The notes: generated by a model from the sequence alone, not told the origin. A DNA stretch of 64,000 bases from an uncultured Candidatus Saccharibacteria bacterium (GCA_965230955.1 OZ246404.1:920790-984789), one strand, 5' to 3'. Positions 21,427-30,831 are shown, counted from the stretch's first letter. A program made the numbers and translations.

Positions 21427-23154
21427 ATGACCCCCTACAAAAATCAACGGCCGCGCCCGGTGCGAAACTGGCAAGCGCCCGCCGCTACCAGCAACCCCAA
21501 CAATAAGCTAAAAATTATTCCGCTCGGCGGAGTGGAAGAAGTCGGCCGCAATATGACTGTTTTTGAATTTGGCCGCGACATCATCATCGTCGATATGGGC
21601 TTCCAGTTCCCCGAAGAAAACATGCCCGGCATCGATTACATCATCCCCAATACCGAATACTTAAAAGGAAAAGAACGAAATATTCGGGGCGTAATTATTT
21701 CTCATGGTCACTTCGACCACATCGGGGCGATTCCGTATCTCTCTCCCCGCTTGGGCAATCCGGTTTTTTACGCCACCCCATTAAGCCGCGCCATCATCGA
21801 AAAACGTCAAGAAGAATTTTCCGAAAAAATAAATTCTCGCGACATCAATGCCGAAAGTAAATTGAAACTCGGCTGTTTCACGGTGGAATTCTATAAAGTC
21901 AATCACAACATTCCCGGCAGCCTCGGCGTAGTTATCCGCACACCGATCGGCACTATTATTCATTCTGGCGACTGGAAATTTGACCATTCACCCGTCGGCG
22001 ACGAACCGGCTGATTTCGGGCGCTTGGCCTTACTCGGCAAAGAAGGCGTGCTGGCCTTACTCTGCGACAGTACCGACGCTGATACTCCGGGCTACGCCAT
22101 TTCAGAAAGAAAAATCCAAGCCACACTGGCCCAAGTTTACGAAAAAGCTCCGGGCCGAATCATCGCCGCTACTTTTTCCTCGCTAATCAGCCGCGTCCGG
22201 CAACTAATTTTGTTGGCAGAACAACACGGCCGTCGAGTAGCTATTGACGGGCGAAGTATGAAAACAAACATTGAAATTGCGCACCGTTTGGGCTACATCA
22301 AAGTCAAACCCGGTACAATAATTGAATTGGAACAAACTCGCCGTATGCCGGACGACAAGGTCGTCGTCATTGCCACCGGCGCCCAAGGTGAAGAACGAGC
22401 GGCCCTGATGCGTATGGCCACAGGTGAACATCGCCAGATCAATATAAAAAAAGGCGATACAGTTCTCTTCTCCTCTTCGGTTGTCCCCGGCAACGAACGA
22501 ACGGTCCAGTATCTCAAAGATACGCTGGTGCGCGAAGGCGCTTACGTCATTCATTACCGGATGATGGATGTTCATGCCGGCGGCCACGCTCGACAGGAAG
22601 ATATCAAGTTGATGATCCGTCTACTAAATCCAAAATATTTTATTCCGATTGAAGGCAATACTTATCTCCTGTCCAAAAACGGCGAATTGGCCGAAAGCGT
22701 CGGCATTCCCCACGAAAATGTGATTCTGCCCGCCAACGGACATATCATCGAATTTACCAAGGACAAAGGCCGACTGACCGAAACCAAAGTGCCGTCGAGC
22801 TATGTCATGGTCGACGGTCTCGGCGTGGGCGATATCAGCAATGTTGTTCTGCGCGATCGCCAGCAACTTTCCGAAGACGGCATGTTTGTCGTTGTGCTCA
22901 CCATCGATAGTCAAGGAAATTTATCCAGCAGTCCGGACATCATTTCGCGCGGGTTCGTCTATGTCAACGACAACCAGGAATTGCTCTCGCAAGCGCGGGA
23001 TAAAATCAAAAAAATCATCACTCGCAAGAAAGATAAACGCGCCAAAAGCAACTGGGCCTACGTCAAAGACCAGATCCGCGACGAGATCGGCCAGTTCCTC
23101 TATCAAAAAACCGAACGTCGGCCCATGATTTTACCGGTGATTATACAAGTATAA
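21427..23154 (+). CDS. rnj: Ribonuclease J
   Basis: PLGG.EEVGRNM, HGHFDHIG, TGAQGE, HAGGH, TERRPMILP. Confidence 0.96.
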   Translation: MTPYKNQRPRPVRNWQAPAATSNPNNKLKIIPLGGVEEVGRNMTVFEFGRDIIIVDMGFQFPEENMPGIDYIIPNTEYLKGKERNIRGVIISHGHFDHIGAIPYLSPRLGNPVFYATPLSRAIIEKRQEEFSEKINSRDINAESKLKLGCFTVEFYKVNHNIPGSLGVVIRTPIGTIIHSGDWKFDHSPVGDEPADFGRLALLGKEGVLALLCDSTDADTPGYAISERKIQATLAQVYEKAPGRIIAATFSSLISRVRQLILLAEQHGRRVAIDGRSMKTNIEIAHRLGYIKVKPGTIIELEQTRRMPDDKVVVIATGAQGEERAALMRMATGEHRQINIKKGDTVLFSSSVVPGNERTVQYLKDTLVREGAYVIHYRMMDVHAGGHARQEDIKLMIRLLNPKYFIPIEGNTYLLSKNGELAESVGIPHENVILPANGHIIEFTKDKGRLTETKVPSSYVMVDGLGVGDISNVVLRDRQQLSEDGMFVVVLTIDSQGNLSSSPDIISRGFVYVNDNQELLSQARDKIKKIITRKKDKRAKSNWAYVKDQIRDEIGQFLYQKTERRPMILPVIIQV

Positions 23155-23156
23155 GA

Positions 23157-23225
23157 AAAAGTCAAAAATCAAAAGTCAAAAGTTCAGAAGTCACTTTTGA
23201 CCTTTGACTTATTACTTTTGACTTA
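23157..23225. repeat. Heptamer inverted-arm element, AAAAGTC family, filling the rnj-trpS spacer
   Basis: aaaagtc-aaaaatc-aaaagtc-aaaagtt ... acttttg-acctttg-acttatt-acttttg-actta. Confidence 0.85.
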
Positions 23226-23230
23226 AATTT

Positions 23231-24199
23231 ATGGATCGCATCTTTAGCGGTGCTAAGCCCACGGGAAATTTGCACATCGGAAATTATTTAGGGGCCATCA
23301 AAAACTGGGTCGCCATGCAAGATAAATACGAATGCCTCTATAGCGTGGTCAATCTCCACGGACTCACCGTAAATCAAGATCCCAAAAGTTACGCTCAACG
23401 TACTCTTGATTTTGTACTGGATTACCTGGCAATGGGGATTGATCCCAAAAAATCAATACTTTTCATTCAGAGTGATGTCCCGGAACACACCGAACTAACC
23501 TGGATCTTGAACACGCTCACTCCAATGGGTGATTTACAGCGCATGACACAATACAAGGAAAAATCCCAACAGCACCCGGAAAATGTCAACGCCGGACTGT
23601 TCGATTATCCTGTTTTGATGGCAGCTGATATCCTTATTTATAAGGCTCAGGTCGTACCGGTGGGAGAAGATCAACTGCAACATTTGGAATTAGCCCGGAC
23701 AATCTGTCGAAAATTTAATAAACGCTATGGCCTGACATTTCCCGAACCGAAATCTCTGCAAACTACCGAAACCAGAATCATGGCTCTGGACGGATCGGGG
23801 AAAATGGGCAAAAGCACCGGCAACGCCATTGAAATTTTTGAAAACCCCGATTCTATAATTGCCAAGTTTAAGAAAGCCAAGACCGATACCGGCAAAGAGG
23901 TGCGCTTCAGCCCCGACAAACCGGAAATTTCCAATCTAATGGGAATTTACCACGCCTTCACCGGCAAAACGCACCAAGCGATCGAAGCGGAGTTCGCCGG
24001 CAAAGGCTATGCCGAGTTCAAAGAAAAACTCGGCAAAACCGTGGCTGAATCCCTGGCGCCATTTCGCGCCAAACGGGCTGAATTAGTGAAGAATGTTGAT
24101 GAGGTAAAAACAATCTTGCATGATGGAGCCAAAAAAGCTAAAACAATTGCGGAGAAAACAATGGCAGAAGTTAGAGAAAAAGTGGGATTAAAAATTTAG
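23231..24199 (+). CDS. trpS: Tryptophanyl-tRNA synthetase
   Basis: HIGN, YPVLMAADIL, VPVGEDQ.QHLE, KMGKS. Confidence 0.97.
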   Translation: MDRIFSGAKPTGNLHIGNYLGAIKNWVAMQDKYECLYSVVNLHGLTVNQDPKSYAQRTLDFVLDYLAMGIDPKKSILFIQSDVPEHTELTWILNTLTPMGDLQRMTQYKEKSQQHPENVNAGLFDYPVLMAADILIYKAQVVPVGEDQLQHLELARTICRKFNKRYGLTFPEPKSLQTTETRIMALDGSGKMGKSTGNAIEIFENPDSIIAKFKKAKTDTGKEVRFSPDKPEISNLMGIYHAFTGKTHQAIEAEFAGKGYAEFKEKLGKTVAESLAPFRAKRAELVKNVDEVKTILHDGAKKAKTIAEKTMAEVREKVGLKI

Positions 24200-24206
24200 T
24201 CATTTT

Positions 24207-24247
24207 GTAGGAGCGGCCCCGCCGAATCGGCGGGTGGCCGCCCTCAC
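24207..24247 (+). repeat. GTAG REP-like hairpin with CCGCCGAATCGGCGG core
   Basis: GTAGGAGCGGCCCCGCCGAATCGGCGGGTGGCCGCCCTCAC. Confidence 0.6.
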
Positions 24248-24261
24248 GAATATCACATATC

Positions 24262-24295
24262 AAAAAACCGCCCGCCGACTCGGCAGGCGGTTTTT
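24262..24295. terminator. Bidirectional terminator
   Basis: AAAAAACCGCCCGCCGACTCGGCAGGCGGTTTTT between convergent genes. Confidence 0.75.
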
Positions 24296-24325
24296 CTGCG
24301 GTTTTGATATTTCGCAACTATAATA

Positions 24326-25693
24326 TTATTTCCGAATAACTTTCAGCACTTCATCCCGCTTCTCAGCCATCAACTCTTTCGTTTTAGCTTCCAAATTCAG
24401 TCGAAGTAACGGCTCGGTATTTGACGCCCGGACATTGAACCACCAATCATCATGCTCTATGGTAATACCATCCAGCCAAGAGACATTCTTGGCGCCCGCG
24501 CCGAAAACTTTTTCCAGTTCTTTCATTTTCCCGGTCTGGTCTTCAACTTCGGAATTGATTTCTCCGGAGTGAAAATACTTGCGCAATGGCGCCACCCACT
24601 CCGAAGCTTTTTTGCCTGATTTTGAAAGCTCGTCTAGCATCACCAGCGCCACAATCAGAGGCGTCTCGTAAAAGCCATATTTAGTCTGGAAAAAGAAGTG
24701 CCCCGAAGACTCGCCGGAAAAAACCGCGTTTTCTTCCAGAGATTTCTTTTTGATCAAAGAATGTCCCACGCGAGTAACAAATGGCTGACCCCCATTCTTT
24801 TCAATCATTTCGCGGGTAATCATGCCCGGGCGGATATCATAGCCCACCTTGGCGCCGGGATTGTGGCGCAGCACCACTTCGGCCATGATACCGCGGATAA
24901 TTGCCGGCTCGATCATCTCGCCCCGATCATCGATGAAGAAAATTCGGTCGGCGTCACCGTCAGTGGCAATACCCAGATCGGCTTGATGCTTGATAACATG
25001 CTCTTTTAAATCTTTGACGTTTTCATCTTTAAACGGATCCGCTTGGTGCGCCGGGAAATTCCCATCCAGTTTGAAATTGAGTTTTTCTAGTTTGATCGGC
25101 AAGTGTTTAGCCAGCTCGCCGAGATCTTGGCCACCCATGGCATTGGCGGTATCGGCGACGATTTTGAGCGGCCTGATCGCCGAGAAATCATAGAAGGACA
25201 GCGATTCTTTGACGCATTCCGCCAGGACGCCTTCTTTACGAATGATTTTTCCGGGCAATGATGATTTGATTTTCTCGCCCGTCGCGCAAAAATCCCTAAT
25301 TTTATCCAGCCCGTCTTCCAGCCCGAAAGCGGCGGCCTTGGCCCGCACCAGTTTGACGCCGTTATATTCTTTCGGGTTATGCGAAGCGGAAACAATCAAT
25401 CCCCCGTCATATTTATGGCGCGCCACCGCGTAATAAAAAGTCGGGGTGGACGACAGCCCGATATCAATCACATTCGCTCCGGCTTGGGTCACTCCTTTGA
25501 TCAGGCTTTGGCAAAGCGACGGCGACGACAAACGCATGTCATGCCCCACCACGATATTAAATATCTTTTTACCGGGATTTTCCGCCCGGAGTAATTTTAT
25601 GAAACCCTGTCCGATACTAAAAACGACGTCCTCATTTATCTGCTGAGGATAAATGCCACGAACGTCGTAAGCGCGAAAAATTGATTGATCCAT
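24326..25693 (-). CDS. Phosphomannomutase/phosphoglucomutase
   Basis: IFRAYDVRG, SASHNP, DGDADR, GESSGH, RASNTEP. Confidence 0.95.
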   Translation of the reverse strand: MDQSIFRAYDVRGIYPQQINEDVVFSIGQGFIKLLRAENPGKKIFNIVVGHDMRLSSPSLCQSLIKGVTQAGANVIDIGLSSTPTFYYAVARHKYDGGLIVSASHNPKEYNGVKLVRAKAAAFGLEDGLDKIRDFCATGEKIKSSLPGKIIRKEGVLAECVKESLSFYDFSAIRPLKIVADTANAMGGQDLGELAKHLPIKLEKLNFKLDGNFPAHQADPFKDENVKDLKEHVIKHQADLGIATDGDADRIFFIDDRGEMIEPAIIRGIMAEVVLRHNPGAKVGYDIRPGMITREMIEKNGGQPFVTRVGHSLIKKKSLEENAVFSGESSGHFFFQTKYGFYETPLIVALVMLDELSKSGKKASEWVAPLRKYFHSGEINSEVEDQTGKMKELEKVFGAGAKNVSWLDGITIEHDDWWFNVRASNTEPLLRLNLEAKTKELMAEKRDEVLKVIRK

Positions 25694-25750
25694 AAGTCAA
25701 AAGCCAAAGGTCAAAAGTCTTCGGCGAGCTCAGCCGAGCCGTCAAAAGTT
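25694..25750. repeat. AAAAGTC heptamer arm interrupted by a CTTCGGCGAGCTCAGCCGAG REP-like insert
   Basis: aagtcaa-aagccaa-aggtcaa-aagt[cttcggcgagctcagccgagccg]tcaaaagt; abuts the ATG at 25693. Confidence 0.65.
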
Positions 25751-26216
25751 AACTTTTAGACCGATAAGACGAATCTTTATTCAATTCTCCTTCAATTAAT
25801 TCTCTGACAAAATCTGATTTGCTCTTATTCTTGCCTTTGGGAATCCATTCCAGATAATCGGCCAAATGGCGCGGGATAACAAAGTTGAATCTTTTCAAAT
25901 TGCCACGGCGATGCTTGTCCAAATAATCGCGCAAAATACTTTCCAGATTCTGGGCGGTAAATGTTTTGAGTGTGAGAAATTTGCTCTCGGCCCGGATTCC
26001 CCCGGCCTCTTTTCCTTCCGGCACCAAAACCAGAACGTAGCGCTCACGCTCCGCCGCCTCAGCCACTTGAAAGCCCACCGCCGTGCTCTCGACTCCGGCA
26101 AAGGTCACTAATAGGTCGAAATTCAACCCAGTTCCCAGCTCTCCGCCACGGTCAATTACTAGCTTCTCAGCTGTTTTTTGATATTGATTGGACGGATCTA
26201 AAACTTTTACCTTCAT
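25749..26216 (-). CDS. Hypothetical protein with C-terminal ribbon-helix-helix DNA-binding domain
   Basis: KRFNFVIP....YLEW......KSDFVRELIE; N-terminal part resembles a deoxyribosyltransferase-like fold (STAVGFQVA.A). Confidence 0.6.
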   Translation of the reverse strand: MKVKVLDPSNQYQKTAEKLVIDRGGELGTGLNFDLLVTFAGVESTAVGFQVAEAAERERYVLVLVPEGKEAGGIRAESKFLTLKTFTAQNLESILRDYLDKHRRGNLKRFNFVIPRHLADYLEWIPKGKNKSKSDFVRELIEGELNKDSSYRSKS

Positions 26217-26260
26217 ATCAAGAAATTATATCACTTATGTATGAAAGTGCCAAGAGAATT

Positions 26261-26453
26261 AAATCCTAAACACCTGCCTGCCGGCAGGCAGGCGAAATCA
26301 GAAACCATCGTCCCGAGCCTCAAATCGAGAGATACGAAACAATATCAAAATCATAGGCACGGAAGCTAACTATCTGGATATTGGGATTTACGATTTTGAA
26401 TTTGTTTTTAACTTGCTTGCGCAAGCAAGTTTCGATATTCTGATTTCGTGCTT
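26261..26453. repeat. Degenerate empty element of the AAATCCG family with inserted perfect palindromes
   Basis: aaatcctaaacac..gaaatcagaaa..cgaaacaatatcaaaat / ttttgaatttgttt..tttcgatattctgatttcgtgctt; palindromes at 26273-26292 and 26410-26431. Confidence 0.65.
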
Positions 26454-26623
26454 TTTCTATCGAATATCCTAGCCTCAAAACCAATTTGCATGGTGATAGA
26501 TTTGTGCTACTATTATGTTAACCTGAAAGGAGATTATCATGAACTTGGTCATTGAAGCTTCCACTTAAACGAAGGCAACCCCTGCAGAATCTGCGCCAGA
26601 CGACGCAGTAAGGAGGTGCGGTT

Positions 26624-26773
26624 ATGGTAAGACACAACAAGTTTTTGATGAACGAAGATGTTTCGGGCGGTGGAGTGCGATCAGATCGATGGATCACTTC
26701 CGGCAGAATCGTCATCGGCGACGCTTATGATGACATCTCTCTCGGACAGATCCGGATCACCGAAAGTTGCTGA
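26624..26773 (+). CDS. Small hypothetical protein (49 aa)
   Basis: TAAGGAGGTG SD; MVRHNKFLMNEDVSGGGVRSDRWITSGRIVIGDAYDDISLGQIRITESC; terminator at 26799-26829. Confidence 0.5.
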   Translation: MVRHNKFLMNEDVSGGGVRSDRWITSGRIVIGDAYDDISLGQIRITESC

Positions 26774-26798
26774 AGCCGAAAGGGACTATCAGCGACCC

Positions 26799-26829
26799 AG
26801 CCCTTGGCTTGCCAGGGGCTTCTTTTTTT
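26799..26829 (+). terminator. Intrinsic terminator
   Basis: AGCCCTTGGC-tt-GCCAGGGGCT-TCTTTTTTT. Confidence 0.7.
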
Positions 26830-26863
26830 CGAAAATGCCTTTGATTTGCTAAATCTCCCATTA

Positions 26864-26901
26864 TCTCTTAATATCTTAGTATCTTAATACTCTTAATATC
26901 T
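26864..26901. repeat. Single arm, TCTTAATA family, before ychF
   Basis: tctcttaata-tcttagta-tcttaatac-tcttaata-tct. Confidence 0.65.
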
Positions 26902-26905
26902 TTTT

Positions 26906-28003
26906 ATGTCATTTGCTGTTGGAATAGTCGGTTTACCCAACGTCGGTAAATCAACACTCTTCAATGCCATTACCAAGAATCAAGCCCAGGTAGCCAACTA
27001 CCCTTTTTGTACTATTGATCCCAATGTCGGCGTCGTCGAAGTTCCGGATGAGCGAATTCAAGCCTTAGCGAAAACTTTTAAGTCCGCGAAAATTATCCCG
27101 ACAATAATCGAATTCAACGATATCGCCGGATTAGTGCGCGGCGCTCATAAGGGCGAGGGCCTGGGAAATAAGTTTTTGGCGCACATCAAAGAAGTTGATG
27201 CCATCGCCCACGTGGTACGTTTTTTCGCGGATAAAGACATCGAGCACGTCGACAAAAAAGTCGATCCCCTGAAGGATATCGATACCATAAATATCGAGCT
27301 GATCATGGCTGACCTCCAGCAAGTGGAAAAACGCCTGGACCAGGCCACGACGATGGCCAAATCCGGCAAGCAAGAATGGATCACCCAGCAAGGCGCCCTA
27401 CAACGAATCAAAGATGCTTTGGAAAATGAAAAATTCGCCTCGACAGTCACCCTTGATAAAGAAGAACGGGAAACACTCAAAGATATGCAGTTGCTGACTA
27501 CTAAGCCGGTACTATACGTGGCGAATGTCAGCGAGGCTGATTACAAAGATCCGGAAATTATAAAAAAACTGGCTCCGCTAGTAGCCAAGCTGGTTCCCAA
27601 CCCCGATCATATCGTCCCGGTCTCAGCCAAAATCGAAGCCGAGTTAGCCGAGTTGACCAAGGATGAGCGCCAGGTTTTTCTAAAAGAACTGGGCGTACCG
27701 GAAGGCGGACTGGATAAGCTTATTCGCGCCAGTTACAAACTGCTTGATCTGATCACTTTTTTCGCCGCCGGTGAAAAAGAAGCCCACGCCTGGACCATAA
27801 AACGCGGCGGGACGGCTCCGCAAGCGGCCGGCAAAATTCACACCGATTTTGAAAAAGGATTTATCCGTGCGGAAATCGTCAGTTGGAAAGACTTAGTTGA
27901 TAACGATGGTTATGCCGGTGCTCGGGAAAAAGGCCTGGTGCGTTCGGAAGGCAAAGAATACGTGATGCAGGATGGAGACGTGGTGGATATTAAGTTTAAA
28001 TAA
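26906..28003 (+). CDS. ychF: Redox-regulated ATPase YchF
   Basis: GLPNVGKST, NYPFCTIDPN, DIAGLV.GA..GEGLGNKFL, IHTDFEKGFIRAE. Confidence 0.98.
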   Translation: MSFAVGIVGLPNVGKSTLFNAITKNQAQVANYPFCTIDPNVGVVEVPDERIQALAKTFKSAKIIPTIIEFNDIAGLVRGAHKGEGLGNKFLAHIKEVDAIAHVVRFFADKDIEHVDKKVDPLKDIDTINIELIMADLQQVEKRLDQATTMAKSGKQEWITQQGALQRIKDALENEKFASTVTLDKEERETLKDMQLLTTKPVLYVANVSEADYKDPEIIKKLAPLVAKLVPNPDHIVPVSAKIEAELAELTKDERQVFLKELGVPEGGLDKLIRASYKLLDLITFFAAGEKEAHAWTIKRGGTAPQAAGKIHTDFEKGFIRAEIVSWKDLVDNDGYAGAREKGLVRSEGKEYVMQDGDVVDIKFK

Positions 28004-28085
28004 ACACTACCAATACCGGGAAACTAACTGATATAGCTCTCTCAAAAGGCCTTTTATCGGGTTTCTTCTGAATCGAAAATAATTC

Positions 28086-28113
28086 TTGACAGTTTTCAGT
28101 TATCTGCTAGACT
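28086..28113 (+). promoter_or_regulatory. Promoter of the rpsF operon
   Basis: TTGACA-N16-TAGACT with extended TG. Confidence 0.6.
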
Positions 28114-28265
28114 ACACTCATAAAGGCTCCCGGCACGAAATACTGCCGGGCGTAGTCCACGGCCTGTCATCAAGGGAGGGAACAAGGATGTTTTTTCCTT
28201 GCTGACGGGCTATTCTGCCCGTTTTATTTTTACGTTTTACATTTTAAATTTTACTCTAAAAATCT

Positions 28266-28910
28266 ATGTCACGTTACGAATTGATGTTCATCATCTCCCC
28301 TAAAGTGAAGGAAGCCGATATGCGCCCGGCCGCTGATCAGATTCAAAAGATGGTCACAACCGGCGGCAGCAAAATCGTCGAAGAATTGGACTGGGGCAAG
28401 AAAAAACTGGCTTACCCGATAAAAAATTACCGCCACGGTTTTTACTATGTACTATCGATTGATGCCGATCCTGCCGCGATCAAAAAGCTCGATGAAAATC
28501 TCAAGCAAAATGATGATGTGCTCCGTTATTTATTGATCAAACTGGAAGCTCCAGCTGTCAAAGCCTTGGCCGATCAAAAGAAACGAGCCCTGGAGCACCC
28601 CGAAGAAACCGAAGCCGAAACGTCAGAAACCGCCCGATCGGCGACAAAGCCGGCTCCCGCCAAATCGATGCCGGCCAAGATCACTCCGGAAAAACCAGCC
28701 TTGGCACCGGTAGAGCCGAAACCTGTCGACACCAAACCTGAAGAACCGATCGTGACCATGAAACCGGAAACCAAACCGGAAGTAACCGCCGTCCCGACCG
28801 CTCCGGCCAAAAAAGAAACACCGGCCTCTCAGGAAAAGAGCGAAAAAGCAAAACTGGATGAATTAGACAAAAAGCTGGACGAAATTCTCGACGAAGATAT
28901 CACTGATTAA
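28266..28910 (+). CDS. rpsF: 30S ribosomal protein S6 with long Pro/Ala/Lys/Glu-rich C-terminal extension
   Basis: YELMFI..P, WG.KKLAYPIK, VLRYL; rpsF-ssb-rpsR order. Confidence 0.95.
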   Translation: MSRYELMFIISPKVKEADMRPAADQIQKMVTTGGSKIVEELDWGKKKLAYPIKNYRHGFYYVLSIDADPAAIKKLDENLKQNDDVLRYLLIKLEAPAVKALADQKKRALEHPEETEAETSETARSATKPAPAKSMPAKITPEKPALAPVEPKPVDTKPEEPIVTMKPETKPEVTAVPTAPAKKETPASQEKSEKAKLDELDKKLDEILDEDITD

Positions 28911-28973
28911 CTCTCCTTTTATCAATAATGAGCTGGCCCGCTTCGGCCCGTCCAGCTCGAGGAGGAATCAACT

Positions 28974-29456
28974 ATGGATCTAAACAAAGTAATGCTCATC
29001 GGACGCGCCACCGCGGACCCGGAAATGCGAACCACGACCGGGGGACAAAATGTCGTCAATTTTTCCATCGCCACCGGGCGAGTCTGGAAAGATGACAAAG
29101 GCGAGAAGCAGGAAAAAACCGAATTCCACAACATTGTCGCCTGGCGCAAGCTGGCTGATATCGTGGGACAGTATGTGACCAAAGGTAAACAGCTCTACAT
29201 CGAAGGTCACCTGCAGACCCGCTCCTGGGAAGGCAAAGACGGCAATAAGCGCTACACCACTGAAATCGTTGCCGACAACATGATTTTGCTCGGCGGCGGC
29301 AGCAAAGGCGGTAAAGGTAGCCGCGGAACGACAAACAACGAAGAAGCTTCAGACGCCGCTCAAGAGAAGGAACCCTCCCCTTCTCCCGCTCCCAAGAAAG
29401 CTCCGAATGCCACTCCGCCCACCGAAGAAATCAATATCGAAGACATTCCTTTCTAG
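28974..29456 (+). CDS. ssb: Single-stranded DNA-binding protein
   Basis: LNKVMLIGR..ADPE.R, TEFHNIVAW, EDIPF tail. Confidence 0.98.
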   Translation: MDLNKVMLIGRATADPEMRTTTGGQNVVNFSIATGRVWKDDKGEKQEKTEFHNIVAWRKLADIVGQYVTKGKQLYIEGHLQTRSWEGKDGNKRYTTEIVADNMILLGGGSKGGKGSRGTTNNEEASDAAQEKEPSPSPAPKKAPNATPPTEEINIEDIPF

Positions 29457-29519
29457 ATTTTTCCGGCAGGCACAAAATAATCTTATCTTTTATTCGCATC
29501 TCATTAGAATTCAATTCGC

Positions 29520-29747
29520 ATGTTACAACCCACTTACGTCACCAAACCGAAATCATGTACTTTTTGCGAAGAAAATTCCAAGTACATCGATTACAAAGAC
29601 ATCAAGACTTTACGCAAGTACCTCTCCCCTTACTCGCGGATTTTGAGCCGCGAGCGCACCGGCACTTGCGCCAAGCACCAGCGCTCCATGGCGTCCGCTT
29701 TGAAACGCGCGCGCTTCATGGCTCTCTTACCTTATGTAACTAAATAA
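29520..29747 (+). CDS. rpsR: 30S ribosomal protein S18 (zinc-binding form)
   Basis: Cxx[26 protein letters not shown]. Confidence 0.97.
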   Translation: MLQPTYVTKPKSCTFCEENSKYIDYKDIKTLRKYLSPYSRILSRERTGTCAKHQRSMASALKRARFMALLPYVTK

Positions 29748-29752
29748 CTTCT

Positions 29753-30310
29753 ATGCTGACGATCGGCGACATCCGCACCGGCACGCAAATTGTTTGGCGT
29801 GACGAGCCGCACGAAGTTTTGAGTATCGCCCGCACGCGACGATCCCAAAGCCGCGCGGTCCTGAAAACTAAATTGCGCAACTTGATCAATGGCAACGTGA
29901 TTGACAATTCTTTCCAGCCCAAAGACATGGTGGAAGAAGCCAATCTGGAACGCGCTACGGCTCAGTATTTGTACATGGAAGGCGACAAATACGTTTTTAT
30001 GGATGACAAGACCTATGAGCAATTTTCTCTTTCGGCGCAACAGCTGGACAAAAAAACCGGTTACTTGACCGAAGGAACTCCGGTGAGTATTCTGCTTTTT
30101 CGCGAAGAGCCGGTCAGTATTGAATTGCCAATCAAAATGACTTTTGAAGTGACGGAAGCGCCCCCGGGCATCAAAGGCAATACGGCCCAAACCGGGACCA
30201 AGAATGTGACGCTCAACACCGGCATCCAAGTGGCGGCGCCGTTATTCACCGATGTCGGGGATAAAGTAGTGCTCGATACCCGCACCGGCACCTACGTCGG
30301 CCGAGGCTAA
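29753..30310 (+). CDS. efp: Elongation factor P
   Basis: KTKLRNL..G, QYLY, FMD..TYEQ, PG.KGNTA, DTRTG.Y..R. Confidence 0.93.
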   Translation: MLTIGDIRTGTQIVWRDEPHEVLSIARTRRSQSRAVLKTKLRNLINGNVIDNSFQPKDMVEEANLERATAQYLYMEGDKYVFMDDKTYEQFSLSAQQLDKKTGYLTEGTPVSILLFREEPVSIELPIKMTFEVTEAPPGIKGNTAQTGTKNVTLNTGIQVAAPLFTDVGDKVVLDTRTGTYVGRG

Positions 30311-30312
30311 TA

Positions 30313-30373
30313 TAGTCTTTGGTCTCTAGTCTTTAGTCGTTAGCTAAAGACAAAAGACCAAGGACCAAAGACT
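30313..30373. repeat. Heptamer inverted-arm element, TAGTCTT family
   Basis: tagtctt-tggtctc-tagtctt-tagtcgt-tagc-taaagac-aaaagac-caaggac-caaagac. Confidence 0.8.
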
Positions 30374-30399
30374 TTCTCAAACCCCCGTTAATCAACTTC

Positions 30400-30723
30400 A
30401 TGCAACAACGCAAAAATTTCATCGCCCGCGACGACGCTTTTACTTGCGGTCACTGCGGGCGGAAAATGATTCCACTGGCCAGCGGCACTTACCGCAATCA
30501 CTGTTCCCACTGCCTCTACTCGCGCCATGTAGATGAAAATGTGCCGGGCGACCGCCTCAGTCAATGCGGCGGGCTGATGGAGCCGCGCGGAATCGTCCTG
30601 AGCAATAAAGGATACGTGATTATTCACCACTGCCTGGAATGCGGCAAGGTCAGTAATAACAAAGCCGCACCGGATGATAGTTTCGAAAAATTATTAGAAC
30701 TAAGCCAGACCAACTCAATTTGA
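30400..30723 (+). CDS. RNHCP-domain protein
   Basis: F.C..CG, YRNHCS.CLYS.HVD..PGDR...CGGLM.P, H.C..CG, APDD. Confidence 0.9.
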   Translation: MQQRKNFIARDDAFTCGHCGRKMIPLASGTYRNHCSHCLYSRHVDENVPGDRLSQCGGLMEPRGIVLSNKGYVIIHHCLECGKVSNNKAAPDDSFEKLLELSQTNSI

Positions 30724-30831
30724 AAATCAAACCTGCCGTGATCGGCAGGTTTTTAGATTATTTTTCCTTGATCATTTAGCCTCAGTGAGCTAGAGTGAAG
30801 TATCTCAATGGATAGAAGGAGGTGTTTATCC

